A model generated the notes under the pieces. It searched no databases. It was not told the DNA's origin and was given only the letters and a program-made list of their open reading frames with translations. This document shows positions 53,168 through 64,000 of a stretch of 64,000 nt of DNA, piece after piece. Each line of letters opens with the position of its first letter. Position 1 is the first letter of the stretch. Position numbers and translations under genes: made by a program. This DNA comes from Lama glama (Eukaryota): contig CM052817.1 in the NCBI GenBank assembly GCA_028534125.1, positions 99,388,001 to 99,452,000 on the forward strand, read 5' to 3'.

Positions 53168-53306
53168 GAGGGAAGGGTATAGCTCAAGTGGTAGAGTGCA
53201 TGCTTAGCATACACAAGGTCCTGGGTTCAATCCCCAGTACTTCCTCTAGAAACAAATAAATAAGTAAACCTAATTACCTCCTCTGCCAAAAATTAATTAA
53301 TTTTTT
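53168..53306 (+). mobile_element. Vic-1-like SINE, long form
   Basis: Intact A and B boxes. Perfect 15-bp TSD aagtctattatttaa at 53153-53167 and 53307-53321. Confidence 0.92.
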
Positions 53307-55799
53307 AAGTCTATTATTTAAAATAATATTATCTTTAATTTCGCTCACCCAGGCACAGGTAAACTTATTACAACAAATGGAAAGGAAACACTTAGTGAAG
53401 TTTCTATTATCACCCCCTCCAGGCTTCCTCAGGATGCCACACAAGCTATAATTCCTACTTGACCATCAGACAGAATGAGGGTTACCACAGTAAAGTTAAT
53501 TTTTTCTTAATGTTTCTTATCATTACTCATTAAGAAAATGAATATAATAAATTCTAATACTTTCTTCAAGTACTTTAGTGAGTCATCTTAAGCATCCCAC
53601 TTTGGAGACTACAGTTGCTCCTGGATTTTATGACCAAGTCTTAGCCTTCCAAGGGGAAATGATATGGCTGACAGATATCTTTCTCAAAAATCAAAGACTA
53701 AATACACATACGTGTATCTAGAAGTAGAGTGAAATATACATGAACTTTTTAAGAATAACTAATGACATATACCTCTTACTGACAGGATTTCTTTTAAGAC
53801 AGACAGACATTAAAATCTACTTCTTCATTTTAGAGACAGAAAAAAGTACCCTCTCTAATTTTATTTGCCCTTTTAATTTTCAGTATTTTCCCCACATACT
53901 TTTTAATAAAAAATGCAGAGTTATCTGGCTCCTTAAAAAGATAATTAAATATAACTTTTTCTTGATGACACAGAGACATTCATTAGTCATATCATTACTA
54001 TCTTTTAAATAATGAAGCACTGTGGTTCGTTTGTTTTTTAATTCTGGATCCTCCATACTGTTACATTCTCAGCTGTCACTTCTGCTATCATTAAACCAGT
54101 CTAAAGCACTCTCAAGATCCCTCTAGTGAATTATATCAAATGTGCGAAGGAAAGAAAATTAGACAACCAAGTTTAAAAATTAAATGTTAACTATGAGTGA
54201 TAACAAAGTAGATTTGTGGCTGCCAGGAGCTGGAGGGAAGGAGGAGTAGGGTGTGACTGTTACTGGGTACAGGATCTCTCGTTCTGGGGGTGACACAAAC
54301 ATTCCTTAATTATGTGGATATGGTCCTGGTCCTACAATCCTAGGAATACACTAAAAGTCACTAAACAGTGTGCTTGCAAATGGCAAGTTTTAATATATGT
54401 GAACTACATCTCAATAAAGACAACAAAAATGTAAAGTATTGAGTCACTAAGGCCATTCATTTTTTAATGCACTGTTCAAATACAAATAACCCTATGCTAA
54501 ATCTCAAGTGCTCTCACTTTCCTGTTTGGGACAGTTGCGATCATACAGTGGCTAGATTTGGAACAGTTGAGGGAGGCAGCTGCTAAAGAATGTGGTGGCT
54601 GGAAGGCTCTTCTCCGGTTCCAGAGCCTCTCCATATGCTCTCCCTGCTGAGCTACTTTGAGCTTCCTTACCACCTACTGGTCTAAAACAGTTGAATTTGC
54701 ATCACAGCTGAGTGCCCCAAGCACAAGCATTTCAGTTAGCCTCAAAGTCACATCACGTCACTTCTACCATGCTCTATACGTTGAAAACCACAAAAACCCT
54801 TCCAGTTTCAAAGGGAGGGGACATAGACCTCACCTCTAAGCACACTTGCAAGAATGCATGAGATGGGAGAAACTATTGCTGTCATCCTTGGAAAATACTA
54901 CCCGCCTCAGGGCTGTTTTTCAGTTAAGCCAAGGTTGCCCAAAGTCTGACCTCTACATCAGTGGTAAATCACTAATATAGTATATGCTACTTTACTAATG
55001 TAGTATGTACCTTTAAACACATGCACTAAAACTGAAATTTAAAAGGATATGATTTCTAAAATCTAGGTAAGTGTTATTTCCTTCCTTCACTCCACTTTGG
55101 CGATCACACCTATCAATAATGAAATTTCAGTTCTTACAAAGGAAAACTTCAATCAAATAAACCATGGTTTTGAAGAAAAAGTTCTTAACTGAAAATATAA
55201 ATAGATAAGGAAATGTACAAGTAGATACTATATTTCATCAATTCTAAGGCTTTTAATTTTCTTATTTTAGTGTCTCTGAAATAAAGTGCATATTATGTTC
55301 CATGTATCTGTGTTACTTAGGCAGCAGCATCGTAGAAATCTGGTCGTTATTTCCAGTAGTGTGGCTGGACGATGCAACCACTCATGTCAAGAAACCACTT
55401 AAGTATCATTTGAGAAAGGAATGCATCTTAGTTGTTTGTCTTTAAAATCTTCCGTTAACACTTTTTGATAAAATCACCAAAATACCAGCATCAAAATTTG
55501 CAAAATCAGTAACGGTGGCTTAGAAGAAACTCCAAGATGATAAAGAAACACTCTGTTAAGAATGCTACAACAACAGTATTTTTGATGGCCAAGAGGATAA
55601 CACTGGGTAGTTAACACAGATACCATGAACTCTTAATCAAAAATAACTCAGAAGATTTGGACTCTGAATATCAAACAGTTTTAGATATACCTGAAACAAT
55701 TTATTTTGCTTCTATTTCCCTTTATATGTACACATGGATGTGACATATGGTAAAAATTTCATGTCCAAATTAAAAGTGTTTTTAGTAAATATAGAATAA

Positions 55800-58700
55800 A
55801 ATATCTCACTAGTAACAAATAATAACCAGTTAGAAGATATAATGGGTGAGAAAACCCCATTTACAATAGCAACATAAAAGGAAAAAAATAATTAAGAATA
55901 CAATTAGCAAGTAAATTATATATAGAAAAATATAAACTTTCCTGAAAGAAACAAAAGTAGACTTAAACAAATGGAAAGATGTTCCATGTTCTAGGTGAAA
56001 AATGCCTCAATATAATTATGGTATCAGTTCTACCTAAAATATTTAATAAGTGCAATGTGTTCCCAATGAAAACACCAATGAGCTTTTATAATGAAACTAG
56101 ACCAAGTGGATGTTAAAATTAATATAGAAAAATAAATTCAAAAGAGTTAGCTAGGAAAACACTACAAAGTAAGAGCTATGAAGGTAGACTAACTCTACCA
56201 GATATTAAAAAGTATTACATAGCTTCTAAAACTAAAACAGTGTGGTATTGAGGTATGAATAAACAAACAGAAAAGTTCAAAAAGAGACCAATGATATAAA
56301 ACATCAAGTATATGATAAAGATAGTATGCCAAATTACTGGGGTGAAGTTGATCTTTAGTATTGGGACAAGTGAGTAGACATTTGGAAAAAGACAAAATGG
56401 GATTCATTCTTCATAATTTAACACAGAATGGATCAGAGGTCTACATGTAAAAAAATGAAATTATACAAGTAATAGAAAAAAATGGGTAAATTTCTATAAA
56501 CTGAACTTAGGGAGAGCCCTTCTAATTATGATTTAAAATCCAGCTGCAAAAAAGAAAAAGATTATTAAATTTGACTATATTAAAATAAAGTCTGCATGGC
56601 AAAATACCATAAACAAAGCTAAAAGACAAACCACAAACTGGGAGAAAGTATTTGCAACATGTAACATATATAGAAGGCTAATATCCCTTATGTGCAAAAA
56701 TATTTTTTTAATTGAGGGAAAAAAGACCAAAAAATCCATAGAAAAATAGACCAAAGACATGAACATATGATTTACAAAAAGATATTAAAATGGTTCTAAA
56801 ATTGTGAAAAGACATAAAACTTCAAAATATGAGAAATGCAAATTATGACTATGCTAAAATATCATTTCTCACCCACCAGACTAGCAGAAAACATCAAAAG
56901 CTAGACAATACAAACCATGAGTAAACAGGCACTTTCATATATTGCTAGCAAAATGGGTCAATCCACACGAAAGTGAGTATCTTCTAGTATCTAACAGAAC
57001 CACAAATGAATTTGCACTTCTACTCAGCCATTCTACTTCTAGGAATACACCCTGGAGATACACCACCAACCATAGAAAAATAGATTTGAATGAGGTTATT
57101 TATTACAGCATTATTTGGAAATAACAGAAACTATCCAAATGTCTAAGTATAGGAGATTGGTTAAATAAGACAGTACATACACACAAAAGAAAACTACACA
57201 GCTGTAAAAATAAATTAATAAATAAAAATGAGAAATATCTCCAAGGAATGATACACAGTGACTTCCATAAGAAAGTATTATGTGATAATAGGAAACTTCA
57301 GAAGAGCATAAGCTGGTGCCAAGACCATATAAAGGGGAAAGGACAGCCTTTTCAACAAATGGTGCTGGAAAAACTGGACAGCCATAAGCAAAAGAATGAA
57401 CTTTTACTCTTACACCTTACACTATATAGAAAAAATTAACTCACAATGAATCAAAGATCTAAATGTCAGATTTAAAATTGTAAAACTCTTAGAAGAAAAC
57501 ACAGGGCAAAATCTTCATGACATTGAATTTGGCAATGATTTCTTGGATATGACACCAAAGGTGCAAGCAACAAAAAGAAAACACATACTGAATTTCATGA
57601 AAATTTTTAATTTTTGTGCATCAAAAGACACTATTAATAGAGTAAAATGGCAATCCATAGAATGGGAGAAAATATCATATATCTGATAAGAGATTACCAG
57701 CTAGAATCTATGCAGAACTTCTAAAATTCAACAACAAACAACTTTATTCAAAAATGGGCAAAAGATTTAAATAAACATTTCTCCAAAGAAGAAAATACAA
57801 AAGACCAATAAGCACATGAAAAAATGCCCCAAATCACTAATCATTAGGGAAATACAAATCAGAACTACAATAAACCATTAGGATAGCTACTATTAAAAAA
57901 AAAAAGAAAAGAAAAGAAAACTCACAGAAAGGAAGAAGTGCTGGAAAGGATGTGGAGAAACTGAAACACTTGTGAACTGTTGAAAAGAATGTAAAATGGC
58001 ACAGCCACTATGGAAACCAGTATGGAAGCTCCTCAAAAAATTAAAAATAGAATTACCATATGATTCAACAATTCCACTTCTGGGTTTATACCTCAAAAAA
58101 TTGAAAGTTAGGTCTCATAGAGATATTTGTACACCACGTTCACAAGAACATTATTCATAACAGCTAAAATGTAGGTGCAACCCAAGTGTCCATCAATGGA
58201 TGAAAGGATAAACAAAATATGAATATACACATACAATGAATATTATTCATCTTTAAAAAGGAAGGAAACCCTGCAATATATGACAACACAGATGAATCTG
58301 GAAGACGTATTTTGTTGGTGAAAAAAGCCAGCCACAAAAAGGCAAATACTGTATGATTTCACTTACATGAAGTAGAATAATCAAAATCATGAACACAGGA
58401 TATAGAATGGTGGTTGCCAGGGGTGTCAGGGGATGAGAGGGTATATAGAGTTATTGTCTTATGGGTATAGAGTTTCAGTTTTGCAAGATGAAAAGAGTTC
58501 TGGAGATGGATGGCTGTGACAGTTGCACAATATAATGGTACTCAACAACACTAAACTGTACACTTAAAAATGGTTAAGATGGTAAATTTTATGTTATATA
58601 TAAATTACCACAATAAAAAATTAGGGGAAAAAAGCATATGCTATCTTTTGCATAAGAAAGAGAAAATTAGACACTTATCTGCTTTGCTTAACAAAACTAA

Positions 58701-60260
58701 GCAAATGAAAGGCAAATCAGAAAACAATGAAGCAAACAAAGAGAAAAGATGCTCCAAATGTTCAAAAAAAAATTTAATTAAATCAATAAAGATGGGAAGG
58801 GGTGTAACTAAAACAAAACCAAAAATCCAACTGCAGTTTAAATTGATACCATAATCATACAGAAGGGAGAAAAAGAGCTAATCCAAGTAATTTATGGACA
58901 CAGTATTTGACTGTGTGTGTGTATGTGTGTGTGTGTGTGTATCCTCAGTCCTACAAATTCTGATTCTTTTTAGATGAGTTTTTGTGTATGTGGCAGTAGT
59001 ACAGGCATAGTAATTCTAAAACTATTTTAGAAGTACTCTGATCAGAACAATTGGAATATGTACATACTATTGGAAGCCAGGGTTCTCACCGTGGAGGAGA
59101 TATACAAATATACAGTGAGGGGAGATAAACAAAAATCCTACCAGGATGGACATAATTTGAAGATGTCAGTGTGAACTCGTAAATTCTTAACTATGTATAT
59201 ATGTGTATGCAAGCATGTATAAAATATGAGTGTCTATTCATATAAGCACATATACTCAATGTGCATATATAAATATATGCATGTTTCTTCCTCTGTCAAC
59301 TGAAAGAACCCAAAAGCAAAGATGCCTAACACCCAAAACTTGGCCTCCGTGACCATTCTCCACAAAGTAACGTAAGTTCCAGAGAAAAGTGGCTCATTCC
59401 AGAATAGGTATGAAGATTATACTGTTATGAAACACACTATTGTGTCAAAATGTATGGCAGTACATCAAAATTTGAGCATCAAAATAATTAAGAACAGTAA
59501 TGAATTATAAACAACTACAAAAAATAAGAATCCAAGAGTTTGTATCGATAATAAATACACAAATATATAAATGGGGGAGAAGAGAGGATTCTTGTTTACG
59601 GGAGAATGACAAAGGTTGACTGGTAAATATGAAGGGAATGCTAAAGTTGAAAAATTATTTTGCAACTATCATTATAAAGATTTGTTTAGGCAAGAATCCA
59701 TGGATGCTAAATCTAGGGAAAATTTTTGATGAGGAGCAAGATAATTGCATAGTTTTAAAGGGTCTCCTCACAGATTGCTTATTAATGGTAAGGGTAAAAA
59801 TAATAGCTATACAGTGAACAAATCAGACAATACCTCAAGTAATAAAAATCATCACCAATAAAGACCAAATGAACACTGTGGGACTCCAGATTTGATGCCC
59901 TAAGAAAAACACAGCATCACTTATGTAGAATTCTTTTCAGTAATGTATAACCTGAATCTAATCATGAACAAATATCAAAAAAAACAAAAATGAGAAACAT
60001 TCTAATTGTATGTTGATTATGTAAGAGATACCCCTCTTTCTTAAGAAATACACACTATGGCATTAAGGGCTAAACTGCCAATGTGCTCAACTTACTTTCA
60101 AATGTCAGAAAGGAACTGTGGATACACATACATAGAGAGAAGCAAGCAATGATAAAGCAAATGAGACAGATTGTTAATAATAAATTAAACTAGAAAAAGG
60201 ATATGCAGATGTCCTTGCAACTTTTAAGTCTGCAATTATTAACAAATAAAAAGTGTTTTA
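55800..60260 (+). mobile_element. L1MC-like element interrupted by an L1MB-like element (about 57310-58620)
   Basis: ORF2-type sequence runs to a 3' region near 57300, restarts at tggtgccaagacc...tttcaacaaatggtgctgg, ends with caataaaaaa at 58620, then L1MC-type 3'UTR resumes. Confidence 0.75.
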
Positions 60261-60261
60261 G

Positions 60262-60351
60262 AAGGGACTGTAATAGCTCAGTGGTAGAGCACATGCTTAG
60301 CACACACAAGGTCCTGGGTTCAATCCCCAGCACCTCCATTAAATAAAAAAA
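60262..60351 (+). mobile_element. Vic-1-like SINE, short form
   Basis: tagctcagtggtagagcacatgcttagc...ggtcctgggttcaatccccagcacctcc plus an A tail. Confidence 0.85.
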
Positions 60352-61729
60352 GTCAATGATAAGAAAGCACTATTTCATAGTTTAATAAAATTCTCTTTCT
60401 TGGTGGTACATAACATAATGATGCATCTTACAATGAATAGCATCTTAGGGTCAATGAAAAATAATAAGTGGAGAGGCAAAAAAAAAACAAACCTCAAAAA
60501 ATTTTCTTTATCCAACTAACAAGCTTTTAGGGAGAAAGACAGCAAGACACACCATGAACACTAAATTAAGACTACTAAAGGAACAAGATACTTTGTGTTA
60601 CCAATCTAGTCTTCAAGCAATTGGGACTTTATGTATTCATTAATTCTTAAGATTCATTTTGTAATATGTTTGCTTACTTACAAATATAAAAGTATCTACA
60701 TACATTGTGAGGAAATCAATGTACAGCTATTTTAAATATGTAATGTATTTTAAATGGGCTTTCAATGATCAAATAAAATGTCCCTTGAAAACCAGGCTTA
60801 GCGGGAACTGAAAACTGTTAAATTGGTTAAATCAATAGGTGGATCATCCAAAATTAATTGTCAATAAAGGACAAACTGAAAACAAGGGGAAAAAATATAA
60901 GATTACAATAAATTAGATTTCAAAGATAGTAAGTAGTAAAAACATAATTCAACTGTCAGAGAAATCCCCATAAAAAAGAAAGAAATGCTAAGATTACTAG
61001 AGATTTCTGCTTTCACCTGCATGCTACAGTGTATTTGCCAAAAAGAAAGCCCAAAGAATTAAAAACACAGGTTTCTTTTTAAATTTGCATGATTTTTACC
61101 ACTGCATTTCTACTTCTAGAAGGAGCTAACAAAAGATCACTATGCTGGGTCAAATAAATGGCTGCAGAGGGCAGGCAGTGAACAAGCCAGAATGTAGGGC
61201 AATGCTTATCAGTATATCCAAGTGAATCAGGAGACTATGAATGTAATGGAAGAAATGTAAGCAATACACTAAGCTGGGAAAACAATCTGAAAACCCACAC
61301 TGTGATCTTTGTATTTACACAAATGACAGGTGCAAAACTGGGAAGTGGGAGGGAAAAACTCTGTACTAAGTAATTTCCTAGGAATTATCCAGTCTGATGA
61401 TTTTTCCACCTTCTTTAAAATTTTCCATTCCAACTTGTAGCTACTAAACGTGAATTCAGTAAACATTTTTATTTTTTTAATGCTTTCATGTTGAACTATC
61501 AAATGTAGAAACTGAACTGAAATAACTGGCACAAATGGTATCTCCAAGTAAGTCACAAATCATTCACCATACGCTGGTCCAGCATTATTACATGTTTCCT
61601 CTAAATTTCTCCTCCTCTAAGATGTCAAAAATCTGTTGTTGAACAGATGTTGAAATCTGCAGTAACATAAAAATAGATTTCTCCACTTTGTATTTTCATT
61701 ACTATAAAAAAATAATTATTTGATTTAAA

Positions 61730-61960
61730 GAAAATAATACATAGACACAGAAAGTAGAATGGTGACTGGCTGGAACAAGGCATAAGGGGAGAAGGTAGAG
61801 TTGTTATTTAACAGGTAAAGAGATTCAGTTACACAAGATGAAGACTTCCAGAGCTGGACGGTGATGATGGTTGTACAACAAATATGAATGTACTTAATAT
61901 CACTCAAAAATGTTTCAGAGGGCAAATGTTATGTTATGTATCTTTTAAAACAATTTAAAA
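61730..61960 (+). mobile_element. L1M 3'UTR fragment
   Basis: agaaagtagaatggtg, gatggttgtacaaca and gaatgtacttaat. Confidence 0.75.
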
Positions 61961-64000
61961 AGGGGGGCGGAATAACAGTTGGTAACCCAACATCAACAGG
62001 TAAAAGAAATCCTATAGAAATCAAAGAACTCGAAATCTAATAATCTCCAGATATTCAGCAATAGGGTAAACTATACCACCTAATTCAGTAACTCTCAAGA
62101 GCATCATTATGTTATCAAAACAGTTCAACAAATACTCAAGCAGATAAGTGAATTCTTTCAAATATGGTTAAGTTATTTGCAAATAAGGAGATTAAGAGTG
62201 ATTAACATGAGGTCATGTCTCGTTTGGAAGTGGCAGAATTGGACTTAAAACCAGTTCTCTCCATTGCATAAAGTTTGTTTAAAATAAAATGTATTAGTAT
62301 ATCAACCATATTTCAATTAAAAAATACAATAAAATAAAATACAATGTATTAAAATCAAGTATTTCAAATTCTGTTACCTGAGTGATACACAAGTATTCCA
62401 TACAGTAAAAGTTCCTAATTATTTTGTGCTGAAATACTACAACGTGCCAACTGTAGGCATGTAGGAATTTTTCCCCCAGGACCTTCACCCAGGTGATGTT
62501 CTATGTATTCTTAATTTGTAGTAAGGGTTCCAAAAAACTACAAATGGCTGATGGGTAAGAATCAGAGACTAGTCATCTGAACACTCAAGATACTTACTAG
62601 AAAAAGAAATGGTGTATGGCCATGCTCATCTTTCTATTCCTAAAATGTTCTCATTTGTGCATGCGTTCATAATTTACTCATTTATGCAACAAATATTTAT
62701 TTCATCCTTATTATGCCATGCTCTTTCCAGCCTGAGAAGACATCTTAATGCAAGCTGTAAGTCTCACTTCCTACACTACTCCCTGACATAGCTCAAAGTC
62801 AGCTCATACTTTTCTGAACCATAAGATAAAGGGAACCACAAAGAAGCTGCCAATGAAACTAGCTAATTACATTCAACTGTTAAAATCCAATTAAGAGAGA
62901 AATACATGCCATACATAGGAAAACTTTTACATTGTATGACTTAATAGTTAGGATTTACAATTTTATCCAATATGCCAAAATATACAATGTCTTAACTGAC
63001 ACACCATCTTTCACTAAAAATGTAAATGGTAATCTGCTGTAAATCTTCACCCTAAACACTAACTTCCCTTCATTGCTAACATACACATTTTCTTCTTTGT
63101 TATGCTTTGACTTCCCAAAGAAATTTCAAATTGTGTGTGTGTGTGTGTGTGTAATAGACAAAAAGAAATTTTGGCTTTTATTCTAATATATGCACACTTT
63201 AACTTAGAAGAAAGGAAAGAAGTAAATGGAATCATAAAAGTGGTGGTATGACTTAACATAAAAAAATCCTTGCTAGCAGCATCAAATTCTTTAACACTCC
63301 TTTGTGTACCTAGCTATCTTACTTGTCAGTGAGTAAACTTATGTTTAATAAGTCTAAAAAAGCTTGTTTTAAACTAAAGGTTTTTTTTAAACAAACTCAT
63401 GTTTACGTCCAAAATAAATCCTGTGACATAAGCTCCACTATGGAACAAGTAAAATCAAAATAACTATTTTATGTTAGTTGGGTCTATGTAAATCCCATTC
63501 TAAAATGTTTTTATTTAGCATTTTATCCAACACAAAATTTAATGTATACATGTTGAAATCTAGAATTCAGATAATTTTAATGGACATATGTTTATATCCT
63601 TCTGTTGTAGAAGAAAATGATACTCAAAAATAACAGCTAAAAGTCCAAATGACTCTTCACTAATCTAATTCCTAAAATACATTTTTTCCAGTATACTAAA
63701 CACATAAATTTGACAACTAAGTACATTTCAAGTGGATAAAAGCATATTCTTTACAGTCACATAGGCATATGTACCTATCCACAATGTGGAACTGTACAAT
63801 CTGTCAATAGTGCTCTCAGCTAGCCAGAATCTAAAAATTATACTTTAAAAAGAACTAAACTGGGTTAAATTAAATATCAGATATCAAAGGAAATGTACCA
63901 CTATTTCAAATTTACTTCAGAAGTACTTATAAATGCAATGAGGAGAAACACAAGTCTGTTTTGGTTTTAGGTTTTGTTTGGGGTTGTTGGTTGGTTGTTT

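Larger units (their letters stand above)
55228..60466. mobile_element. TcMar-Tc2 (Kanga/MER104-like) DNA transposon split by nested L1s and a SINE
   Basis: Left end tatttcatcaattctaag and degenerate inverted right end cttagggtcaatgaaaaata, about 5.2 kb apart. Confidence 0.55.

Noticed and set aside
20940..64000. LRBA start-codon exon or a nested gene such as MAB21L2
   Set aside because: No matching peptide and no long ORF. The only GC-rich island is an L1 5'UTR.

Overview
AT-rich mammalian nuclear DNA, not microbial. The host is probably a camelid, inferred from several Vic-1-like tRNA-derived SINEs. The whole window lies inside LRBA (BEACH-domain protein, minus strand). Seven internal coding exons between 20939 and 8998 (232, 101, 96, 122, 127, 120 and 147 bp; 945 nt, 315 codons) have GT-AG boundaries and splice in frame. 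They correspond to human exons 3-9 as I recall them and include the ConA-like/laminin-G region. Positions 20940-64000 are one long upstream intron and 1-8997 are the next intron. Both are filled with L1 fragments of many ages, SINEs, MaLR/ERVL LTRs, MIR/L2 and DNA transposon relics. The most interesting object is a young, TSD-flanked L1 of about 2.8 kb (39233-42041). It keeps its 5'UTR, ORF1 and 3'UTR but lacks almost all of ORF2, and the junction is compatible with splicing. Smaller oddities are a SINE with a probable 3' transduction, a poly(A)-tailed LTR fragment, a foreign block inside an L1, and an unidentified ~1 kb insert. I found no evidence of a new host gene system. Repeat family names and comparisons with human proteins come from recall, not from searches, and old-repeat boundaries are approximate.
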